A stretch of 64,000 bases of DNA from a virus (IMGVR_UViG_3300020048_003650:1-64000); one strand, 5' to 3'; shown: positions 1 to 7,147, numbered from the stretch's first letter. A program made the numbers and translations. The notes: a model not told the origin generated them from the sequence alone.

Positions 1-153
1 TTGGGCAACAAGTAACGGCATGGACAACTCGACACAGATAGTCGTTAAAAGTAAACAACCATAAAAGCAAACGAAGATAGCTTTTTGATGGCCGCCTAAA
101 CGGCACCATCTGAGTTTTTCTAGTTGAACTTGGAAACAGAATCAACTAGACCA
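1..153 (+). ncRNA. ssrA: tmRNA, coding piece (5' part outside window; probably two-piece/permuted)
   Basis: 67-99 encodes ANEDSFLMAA-stop, a typical SsrA tag. It is followed by a pseudoknot-like stem (tctagttga/tcaactaga), and no T-arm/acceptor half follows. Confidence 0.8.
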
Positions 154-222
154 ATAATGGTAAACAATTCTATTGACAAAGTAAATTATTAGTGATAAAA
201 TATTATTTTATTAGGAAATGAA

Positions 223-405
223 ATGAAAACAGTACTAAGTAATAATGATGGTTTCAAGTATCTAGTAGAAGTTGTTGAGATCAATCGTCCAGCCAAGCAT
301 ACTAAACTTAGTTTTTCGACTGAGTGGGGCGATGGCAGTGAACAACAAAGTTTTCAAGTTATTTTATCACCAGAACAGCGTCTTTTTCTAAAAGAGTTAT
401 TGTAA
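223..405 (+). CDS. hypothetical protein
   Basis: 60-aa ORF with AGGA RBS and TTGACA upstream. Confidence 0.7.
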   Translation: MKTVLSNNDGFKYLVEVVEINRPAKHTKLSFSTEWGDGSEQQSFQVILSPEQRLFLKELL

Positions 406-441
406 AAGTTTAAGGTCCGGTTGCAACCGGCTTATTTTTAC

Positions 442-531
442 GGAGCGTGGGCCGGATGGTAAGGCAGCGGATTGCTAATCCGTAGAGTGTAGTAATACGC
501 TCACAGGGTTCGACTCCCTGACGCTCCGCCA
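442..531 (+). tRNA. tRNA-Ser(GCT)
   Basis: GGAGCGT/ACGCTCC acceptor, gcgga-TTGCTAA-tccgt anticodon arm, long variable arm, TTCGACT loop, CCA. Confidence 0.95.
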
Positions 532-599
532 TATTAAAGCACATTTCAGCTGGTGAGAGCCTAGTCCAAAGACTTGTTCGGGGTAGTGTGTTTCAATAT
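531..599 (+). ncRNA. closing-helix RNA element 1 (unknown family)
   Basis: atattaaagcacatt pairs with agtgtgtttcaatat (two G-U pairs, one mismatch); starts at the tRNA-Ser terminal A. Confidence 0.55.
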
Positions 600-600
600 T

Positions 601-687
601 GTGTTGTAAAAATACAACACATAGATACTTGACTTTAATTCAGATTCATGGTATAATACACCATACACTGATAGATAGGAAGTAAAA
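601..687 (+). promoter_or_regulatory. repeated early promoter module (palindrome, -35, extended -10, conserved leader)
   Basis: GTGTTGTAAAAATACAACAC, then TTGACT-17nt-TATAAT and ACACCATACACTGA; the module recurs more than 12 times in whole or part. Confidence 0.85.
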
Positions 688-900
688 ATGAAAAAACTTA
701 AATTAATCTTAGTCGACGGTGAAACAGCTACGTTTTACTTAAACGGCAATGTTTCTCTCACAAGTGAAAAATATTTCAGGAACGTTGTCATGTTTGACGG
801 TACTCGGCCTGATGGTTGGATGTTACATGCTGATTACTCGCTTGACGAAATTGAAGAATTGATTGAACAACGACTGGAGAATTCTAATGAACGTGCGTGA
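688..900 (+). CDS. hypothetical protein
   Basis: ORF directly behind the promoter module with RBS. Confidence 0.7.
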   Translation: MKKLKLILVDGETATFYLNGNVSLTSEKYFRNVVMFDGTRPDGWMLHADYSLDEIEELIEQRLENSNERA

Positions 901-1135
901 ACTGATTGAGTTATTACAGGATATGGATGAAGACTTAGAGGTACATTTTTCGTACAACTATGGTGATCATTGGCGTACAGAGGTCGCACCTGTTGTTGAT
1001 ACAGTAGAAGTAGCCAACGTTACGTATTCAGACTATCACGAGATGCATCGGCTTGTTGATGACAATGAGGATGATGAGTGTGAGGACGAGAACGAGGACG
1101 ATGATGGCATTAAACGAGTTGTTGTTTTAAAGTAA
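887..1135 (+). CDS. hypothetical acidic phage protein
   Basis: GGAG RBS before ATG 887; N-terminus MNVRELIELLQ is a common phage type. Confidence 0.75.
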   Translation: MNVRELIELLQDMDEDLEVHFSYNYGDHWRTEVAPVVDTVEVANVTYSDYHEMHRLVDDNEDDECEDENEDDDGIKRVVVLK

Positions 1136-1210
1136 ACGGTCAGAAATCACTTGACAATAAATCAGAGGTATGGTATAATACACCTATACACTGACGAATC
1201 GAGATAAAAT

Positions 1211-1435
1211 ATGAAGGCAAAAATCATCGTTAATCAACGTGAAAACGACCGGTATTTCAAACAAAAATTGCCCACATGGCGCAATGGCTTCTGTGAAATA
1301 GTTCGCAGTGTCACGATTGAACCGGACCCGTATGACGTTTATTTGGACGGTGAGTTTGGATACATCACAGTCTATGGTCGTAAAATTTATGTCACTAGGT
1401 CTGGTATTGAATCTGAATTTGAAATTCGTGGTTAA
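1211..1435 (+). CDS. hypothetical protein
   Basis: behind the promoter module at 1151-1210. Confidence 0.7.
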   Translation: MKAKIIVNQRENDRYFKQKLPTWRNGFCEIVRSVTIEPDPYDVYLDGEFGYITVYGRKIYVTRSGIESEFEIRG

Positions 1436-1539
1436 AAAGATTGACAATAAATCAGAGATATGGTATAAATACACCATACATTGAGAAAACGAGGGAATAT
1501 TATGAAAGAATTTACATACACCTACTTGCGTGATCTAAC

Positions 1540-2232
1540 ATGTACTTAGATAACAGGATTACTACAAAGACTTGGGATCCGCATCGTGTACCCAGCCAGG
1601 CTAACATCAAAGCATTAGCCGAAGTTGCTTACAGGGCTCCCAGCAAGCAAAATTGCTACGAATGGCGCCTAGTCATACTAGGACCGGGCCCAGAATCAAC
1701 AGCAATCAAACAAGACTTATATTGGAATCATACTTGGTGCGACAGCAAGGGTGTGCTTAAGGGTTCAGACCCTGGCCTGAGAAATTACAACGGACAATTT
1801 TTAGCACCTTATTTGTTTACATGGGTAAGTCGATGGAAAGAAATTGATCTTGAAGTTGCTGAATACGAAAAAACAAGAACGGACCCGTACCAACGGATTC
1901 AAAAGTTATCATTGGAAGTGGGAATCTGTGCAGGATCTGTGTTGACCGCTGCTGAGGATATGGGATTATCTACTGGCTTTGCTAACTGCTTTCTAGCCAA
2001 AGAAGTTGCTGGTCTAGTAGGATATCCGGGAGAACGTATTTTAGTTGTACTGGGTGTGGGGTACGCCCAAGATCAAAGCCATTTAGTTGATCGTGGCCCG
2101 CACATCGAAATAACAGATGCCCACGGTAAAGTCATGGGCAGGGATTTAATTAACTATCCAGTTAGCAGGCGTCGGCGTCATTATGCTAGAGCGATTAAAC
2201 CCAATAAGAGTACATTGATCAAGATCGTCTAA
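1540..2232 (+). CDS. nitroreductase-family protein
   Basis: A-x-RAPSKQN motif, LTAAEDMGLSTGF helix, terminal LGVGY. Confidence 0.75.
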   Translation: MYLDNRITTKTWDPHRVPSQANIKALAEVAYRAPSKQNCYEWRLVILGPGPESTAIKQDLYWNHTWCDSKGVLKGSDPGLRNYNGQFLAPYLFTWVSRWKEIDLEVAEYEKTRTDPYQRIQKLSLEVGICAGSVLTAAEDMGLSTGFANCFLAKEVAGLVGYPGERILVVLGVGYAQDQSHLVDRGPHIEITDAHGKVMGRDLINYPVSRRRRHYARAIKPNKSTLIKIV

Positions 2233-2471
2233 CATTGTCATAGCGCCCCCCCCCCTAGAGGCCTATGAATACTTTATTAAACATTGATAATTTAGACCGT
2301 TGTTTACCTAATCCACGACGAACCTAATGCCGAATAAAATTGGCAACATTTACTAGAACTATGTCCTAGGGCATTTTGGAATTGTATAATAACCAGTAGT
2401 GAATAAATCACTTGACAATAAATCGGAGGTGTGGTATAATACACCATACACTGAGAAAACGAGGAAAAACA

Positions 2472-2726
2472 ATGCGTAAACCTAAAATCTCCACCACTGT
2501 GCCAAAATACGGCGATATCATTAAAGCCTATGATTTCCCTGGCACCCTGGAATGTTACATGGTTGGTCGGGTTGTCAATACAGATGATGATTACATTTAC
2601 TGTACCATGATCAAGGAAGTTTTCGGTGGTCAGATGGCATCCGATCCGGATGACAGTTTTCGCACCCCAAAACAAGGTTACAGTTTTGGCGATGACAGTT
2701 TCCAACGAATCGTAGTAATCGCTTGA
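2472..2726 (+). CDS. hypothetical protein (paralog of 53052-53324)
   Basis: ATG after promoter module 2412-2471; GDIIKAYDF...CY.VG.V matches NDVIRSYDF...CF.EG.V. Confidence 0.7.
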   Translation: MRKPKISTTVPKYGDIIKAYDFPGTLECYMVGRVVNTDDDYIYCTMIKEVFGGQMASDPDDSFRTPKQGYSFGDDSFQRIVVIA

Positions 2727-2783
2727 CAATAAATCAGAAGTCGGTTATAATAGAAGTTCAGTAAGTAAAACGCTCTTTAAAAA
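2723..2783 (+). promoter_or_regulatory. sigma70 promoter followed by boxA-like antitermination site
   Basis: TTGACA...TATAAT, then CGCTCTTTAAAAA at 2771-2783 (rrn boxA is TGCTCTTTAACA); no ORF follows. Confidence 0.7.
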
Positions 2784-2787
2784 TTTA

Positions 2788-3025
2788 CGTAATATTTTAG
2801 TACATTAGGTTACTAGATCCGATAGGATACACTGGCATAAACTGTCTCGACGGAGGTGGGTGCAGAGTGTCGTCATGAACGATGGAAACTTCTCCGAGGA
2901 GATGAAACGGTAGTCACGTCGGGCAGTCTAGAGGGTAATGTGGTAAGCGAACAGTCGTTGGACGACAACGTGGTAACCCGCCGAATGGGGGATTCGCAGA
3001 CATCCTAGTGTATTAAAATATTGCG
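2788..3025 (+). ncRNA. closing-helix RNA element 2 (~240 nt, multi-branched)
   Basis: 22-bp helix 2788-2809/3004-3025 with three G-U pairs; several GC-rich internal hairpins. Confidence 0.7.
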
Positions 3026-3221
3026 TTCTTTAATCTAATCAATTGAGCAGTGCGAAATGCACACGGGTTATCTTTACTAACCGCCTAGTGGCGTACCCCT
3101 GCCGAAGGAAATCTGGTCGTGGCAGTGATATTGATCGTGATTATCGAACGCAATACTAGCAGTACGTTGACTCCATTACGCTGGGAAGCGTAGGCCTGCC
3201 GTGAGGCACTCTACCGGAGTC

Positions 3222-3311
3222 ATCTTTATTGAGCGCACTTCAGACAGTAGAATACTTCAGAAGGAGTACAGCCCCTGTTCCAAAGTCCGGGATAGTGTGT
3301 TCAATAAAGAT
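3222..3311 (+). ncRNA. closing-helix RNA element 3
   Basis: atctttattgagcgcact/agtgtgttcaataaagat, 18 bp with two G-U pairs. Confidence 0.6.
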
Positions 3312-3376
3312 AGTGTAACACGGTCGAGGCGCACCCGATTCTTTGTAAAGGTAGCAGACACACCGGAAAGACGGTG

Positions 3377-3474
3377 ACCATATTCGAGTACATTAAAATC
3401 TTAACGGATCAGGCTTGGTAAGCCGAGACCTATACTCAGTAAGTCTAAACAACCATAGTGTACTCGGATATGGT
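3377..3474 (+). ncRNA. closing-helix RNA element 4
   Basis: accatattcgagtacatta/tagtgtactcggatatggt, 19 bp with two G-U pairs. Confidence 0.6.
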
Positions 3475-3475
3475 A

Positions 3476-3631
3476 GTGTTGTTATAAGTGAGTGTTATAA
3501 GGTATCGTGTTAGGACGCTAACACTATACGGGTCAAAGCAGCCGGCGACTGATCCTGATATAACTGCATCGGCTTTGACTGGGAAGCACCCAACGTCTAA
3601 ATTTGCACATAACACTCACTTATGATAATAC
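3476..3631 (+). ncRNA. long-helix RNA element 5 (different arm sequence)
   Basis: 23-bp helix 3476-3498/3609-3631 with three G-U pairs; internal stems gtgttag/ctaacac and gtcaaagc/gctttgac. Confidence 0.6.
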
Positions 3632-3634
3632 AAT

Positions 3635-3710
3635 GGTGACTATAGTGTAGTGGTTCGCACCCGATTCTGTGGAAATCGTAGTCTCGGATCGTAACCGAGT
3701 AGTTACCCCA
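3635..3710 (+). tRNA. tRNA-His(GTG)
   Basis: cgatt-CTGTGGA-aatcg anticodon arm, extended acceptor stem, CCA; atypical T-loop ATCGTAA. Confidence 0.85.
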
Positions 3711-3751
3711 TAAAACTTGACAATAAATCAGAGACATGATACAATGTATTT

Positions 3752-3824
3752 GTCTCTGTAGTGTAAAAGATAACATACGACTCTGACGATGATTGTGATC
3801 TGAGTGCAATTCTCAGCAGAGATT
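3752..3824 (+). pseudogene. degenerate tRNA-like element
   Basis: 7-bp acceptor gtctctg/cagagat and T-arm ctgag-TGCAATT-ctcag are intact; anticodon stem broken, no CCA; own promoter at 3717. Confidence 0.55.
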
Positions 3825-3926
3825 TTAAGAAAATATAGCAAGAAACAACTATTTTATTATGGTTGTTCATCGTCAAGACCTAGTCCAGTGGGTCGTTGCT
3901 GAATATACTGGACAAGAATAAATTTT

Positions 3927-4001
3927 GGTTTCATCGATAATCGGTTATGTCGCCACCCTGTCACGGTGGAGTGGTGGGTTCGATTCCCACTGAAACCGCC
4001 A
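3927..4001 (+). tRNA. tRNA-Asp(GTC)
   Basis: ccacc-CTGTCAC-ggtgg, TTCGATT, CCA. Confidence 0.93.
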
Positions 4002-4009
4002 AAGTTTTT

Positions 4010-4086
4010 GCACCGTTCGTCTAGCGGTCTAGGACAACGCCCTTTCACGGCGTAGATCACGGGTTCAAATCCCGTACGGTGTGCCA
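4010..4086 (+). tRNA. tRNA-Glu(TTC)
   Basis: acgcc-CTTTCAC-ggcgt, TTCAAAT, CCA. Confidence 0.95.
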
Positions 4087-4114
4087 AGTTTCCGTAGTGG
4101 CGAGCCTACTCTAA

Positions 4115-4876
4115 TTATAAATATTTTTTAATTAAATTGTATATAGTATTAGCATTAGCCTTATGAGATTTCCTACCAGGATGAATAAGGTCCCTGCCAA
4201 AATCTATTTTCGGTAAGTATAAAATTCTATCGTCGATATCTGGTTTGTTCATTGAAGTATGAAAAACAGGTATGTCTGGAAATAACATTTCCACTATTTT
4301 CATACTGAAATTTAAATTTACTTTATGTGTTTGAAATTTAGAGAGATTTTCTGTGTAGTCAAAACGATCAGAAAATCCCCAATTATTCCATGGCCCGCTA
4401 TGAAAAATGGTCATGTCATGATAAAAATTAGAAATTCTATTACTAGAAGGCCACGCATTTACTATAGCCTTAGGCGTTATTCCGTTCATCTTCAATGTGA
4501 CCAAATTATATAAGTTGGTATGTTGAGAGCCTCCAGTAACTCCTAAATTAATAACATCGATGCCTGATAGTTCTTGTAATCTAAAAGGAAGAGTATCGTG
4601 GTCTGTAACACTTGTACCAAAAATCAAACTGCATCCTAAAACTATTATACTATTACTCCAATCTAAATATTTAAAATCATTACAACGATATCCTTGACTA
4701 TTTACACTATACAATACAGTATTGTTTTTGTAATACCAATTTTTAGGTTGTGTCTTTAAATTTTCTTGAAAAGATTCTTCTGAATCTAAAAAATCTTTAG
4801 GAAAAAAAGAATAAAAATCAGGATAGGAAGATGGTTTGTTTAGATCGATTAGATTTGCGTTATATTTTATTGTCAT
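4115..4876 (-). CDS. SGNH-hydrolase-like protein
   Basis: VLGCSLIFG, NLGVTGGS and C-terminal DLIHPG motifs. Confidence 0.65.
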   Translation of the reverse strand: MTIKYNANLIDLNKPSSYPDFYSFFPKDFLDSEESFQENLKTQPKNWYYKNNTVLYSVNSQGYRCNDFKYLDWSNSIIVLGCSLIFGTSVTDHDTLPFRLQELSGIDVINLGVTGGSQHTNLYNLVTLKMNGITPKAIVNAWPSSNRISNFYHDMTIFHSGPWNNWGFSDRFDYTENLSKFQTHKVNLNFSMKIVEMLFPDIPVFHTSMNKPDIDDRILYLPKIDFGRDLIHPGRKSHKANANTIYNLIKKYL

Positions 4877-4931
4877 AAAATTACGTATAGTATATAGTTA
4901 CTATATTTATCTTTGTGTTCTTCCAAGTTTC

Positions 4932-5015
4932 GGAGGTGATGTTCCAACGGTGGGACAGGGGATTGTAAATCCCTGGCACTTGTGCAGGTAGGTTCGATCC
5001 CTACCACCTCCACCA
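4932..5015 (+). tRNA. tRNA-Tyr(GTA)
   Basis: gggga-TTGTAAA-tccct, long variable arm, CCA. Confidence 0.93.
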
Positions 5016-5123
5016 AGATCCCGGTGTCCCTAATCGTGAAAATAGGGCGTGTATTGACTCCACGACATAGTCAGAGTGCATACGGTCTACCTCAAAATTC
5101 CAGCGACCACCACGCCTGTAAAA

Positions 5124-5936
5124 TCAAGGTGTTATAACTATGATCTCACCTGTGGTGGGATTGTAATACATGGGTGAAAATCCTGCTGGAATTGAACCTG
5201 CGGTGGGTGCGGCAAAAGTCACACTGGTCACAGCTCGCACAGGTTTCACTGTGAATGTGTTAGCAGTGGTTTGATTCAATGACCCACCAGAGGCATTTAG
5301 AATAATTGAGTTGCTGGCTTGATTGCTTAGACCAGCGTCCGGACCAATGGCTATTGAGTTCAGACCTTGATTGGTCTGACCAGCACTATTACCGATGGCA
5401 ATCGAATTGGCACCTTGACTGTCCAGACCAGCACTTCGGCCAATGGCCACTGAGTTGTTACCTTGTGTTTGTGCACCGGCGAAGGTGCCAATGGCCACCG
5501 TTTGAAGGCCTTGATCTTGAAATCCAGCCTGCCTACCAATTGCTATTGCGTTATTGCCTTGTGTTGTTGAACCGGCGGCACTGCCAATAGCCACCGCTTG
5601 ATTGCCTTGTGTACTATTGCCAGTAGAAACACCAATGGCCACCGCTTGAGTGCCTTGACTGACGCCGGCATTTTGCCCTAGGGCAATAGCGGTTGGACCA
5701 CTGGCGTTATTCTTGTCACCAAGAGTAGCCCATGTTGTATTACCACCGCCGCCACCAACTAGATTTAGATTGCCAAGTGCATTGCCAACATACAGATCGT
5801 ATGTTGCTGTGTCGACGACCAGTTGTCCTGGGCTAGCGTTGCCGTCAAAGCCGGCTAAGTCGGTGTTTACGTGCTTTGGGTCTTCTACGTAAAGACCTGT
5901 GATTCCTACATATGGCGGTGGTGTTGATTGCGACAT
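5124..5936 (-). CDS. virion fibre/adhesin with YadA-head-like 16-aa repeats
   Basis: tandem QG-x2-AVAIG-x2-AG repeats; N-terminal domain shared with 45069-50600; late TAAATA upstream. Confidence 0.7.
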   Translation of the reverse strand: MSQSTPPPYVGITGLYVEDPKHVNTDLAGFDGNASPGQLVVDTATYDLYVGNALGNLNLVGGGGGNTTWATLGDKNNASGPTAIALGQNAGVSQGTQAVAIGVSTGNSTQGNQAVAIGSAAGSTTQGNNAIAIGRQAGFQDQGLQTVAIGTFAGAQTQGNNSVAIGRSAGLDSQGANSIAIGNSAGQTNQGLNSIAIGPDAGLSNQASNSIILNASGGSLNQTTANTFTVKPVRAVTSVTFAAPTAGSIPAGFSPMYYNPTTGEIIVITP

Positions 5937-6117
5937 TTGTTTTTCCTAGTATGAGGTATTTATCTATTTTACAACACTTTTTAGTATTACCCGACAATAT
6001 GCATACACTGAGAAAACGAGAAAAAACAATGAGTAAACCTAAAATTTTCACCAAGTTATCCAACGTACTTGATTTTTATTCAAGTGTCGTGTACAATAGT
6101 TAAATAGTAGTAACAAT

Positions 6118-6201
6118 GCTCAGGTGGTGTAATGGCAGCCACGCCAGTCTTAGGAACTGGTGCCGAAAGGCGTGTCGGTTCGAGTCCGACCCTGAGCACC
6201 A
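6118..6201 (+). tRNA. tRNA-Leu(TAG)
   Basis: ccagt-CTTAGGA-actgg, long variable arm, CCA. Confidence 0.95.
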
Positions 6202-6208
6202 ACAATAT

Positions 6209-6284
6209 GGGTCGTTATCTCAGTTGGTAGAGAGCCTCGCTTACACCGAGGATGTCGGCGGTTCGAACCCGTCACGACCCACCA
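6209..6284 (+). tRNA. tRNA-Val(TAC)
   Basis: cctcg-CTTACAC-cgagg, CCA. Confidence 0.95.
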
Positions 6285-6291
6285 AAATAGT

Positions 6292-6369
6292 GGTGCTGTG
6301 GCCGAGTGGTCCAAGGCAAGTGACTGCAAATCTCTACAATCATCCGTTCGAATCGGATCAGCACCTCCA
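6292..6369 (+). tRNA. tRNA-Cys(GCA)
   Basis: agtga-CTGCAAA-tctct, U discriminator, CCA. Confidence 0.92.
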
Positions 6370-6437
6370 CACATTCACTTGACAATAAATCAAGTTCGTA
6401 GTATAATATACATATATTAAATCATAGGAGTAGTAAA

Positions 6438-6593
6438 ATGAAACGAAAATCGTTCGTTGTGCCAGCAGCGGTACCTCGCAATCCATTTGCAGGACTGGCA
6501 CGTGCTCGTGTAGCGGGTAGTCATCGTAAGTCTAATAAGGCGGTGCGCCGGCAAGACAAGCAAAATCATTATGCCCTCGAAGCTTTAAGGTGA
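6438..6593 (+). CDS. small basic protein (51 aa) overlapping tRNA-Lys
   Basis: own promoter (TTGACA 6379) and AGGAG RBS; MKRKSFVVPAAVPRNPFAGLARARVAGSHRKSNKAVRRQDKQNHYALEALR; below the ORF-track cutoff. Confidence 0.7.
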   Translation: MKRKSFVVPAAVPRNPFAGLARARVAGSHRKSNKAVRRQDKQNHYALEALR

Positions 6594-6647
6594 AGCAACG
6601 GACTTTTAATCCGTAGAACTGGGATCACTGGCCCAGCGGGGGTACCA
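6573..6647 (+). tRNA. tRNA-Lys(TTT), atypical T-loop
   Basis: gccctcg/cgggggt acceptor, acgga-CTTTTAA-tccgt, T-loop ATCACTGG, CCA. Confidence 0.8.
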
Positions 6648-6654
6648 TTGTCAA

Positions 6655-6728
6655 CATATTGAAACGTATTCAAGTAGATCGATCAACGCAGAATTTTACC
6701 GAATTTTGTCAGAGTACGTTTCAATATG
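6655..6728 (+). ncRNA. closing-helix RNA element 6
   Basis: catattgaaacgtattc/gagtacgtttcaatatg, 17 bp; fills the tRNA-Lys to tRNA-Met spacer. Confidence 0.55.
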
Positions 6729-6803
6729 GTGATATAGCTTAGTTGGTAGAGCAGGTCCTTCATACGGACAAGGTCGGGGGTTCAAGTCCCTCTTTCACCA
6801 CCA
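6728..6803 (+). tRNA. tRNA-Met/Ile2(CAT)
   Basis: gtcc-TTCATAC-ggac anticodon arm, TTCAAGT, CCA; lacks initiator features. Confidence 0.88.
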
Positions 6804-6808
6804 ACAAC

Positions 6809-6898
6809 GGAAGCGTGGCAGAGTCCGGTTTATTGCAACAGTCTTGAAAACTGTCGATCCGAAAGGGTCCGTGAGTTCGAATCTCACCGCTTCCTCCA
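6809..6898 (+). tRNA. tRNA-Ser(TGA)
   Basis: acagt-CTTGAAA-actgt, long variable arm, CCA. Confidence 0.95.
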
Positions 6899-6912
6899 CT
6901 TAAAGAGAACCG

Positions 6913-7140
6913 ATGTATAAAGTATATTGGACCAATTCAGACGGTCAAGCATGCAGTCAAGATTATTCAGAGATGATAGAGGCACTTACTGAGACTAATC
7001 ATTTACGTGCCATAGGTAGAGCATATGTTGCTATGTGTAGCGAAAATCCTAATCGAATTGGCACAATGGGCGTAGCCGGAGTAGAAGATGGTAAGTTGCC
7101 AACAGGCGAAAAATATACATGGCAAAAACGTAGAAGTTAA
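6913..7140 (+). CDS. hypothetical protein
   Basis: 75-aa ORF between tRNA genes. Confidence 0.7.
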   Translation: MYKVYWTNSDGQACSQDYSEMIEALTETNHLRAIGRAYVAMCSENPNRIGTMGVAGVEDGKLPTGEKYTWQKRRS

Positions 7141-7147
7141 TTTAATA

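Noticed and set aside
2246-2255. Poly-C tract as a phase-variation switch
   Set aside because: Intergenic after a stop codon and not within a recognisable promoter or ORF.
3196-3208. Solitary type I-F CRISPR repeat mimic (ctgccgtgaggca)
   Set aside because: Only the short hairpin resembles the repeat; the GTTCA and AAGAAA flanks are absent.
2788-3220. RNase P, SRP or 6S RNA
   Set aside because: Their diagnostic sequence motifs are not present.
3597-6382. Track ORFs 3597-3809, 3857-4087, 6116-6382 and 6150-6374
   Set aside because: They are read-throughs of tRNA genes.
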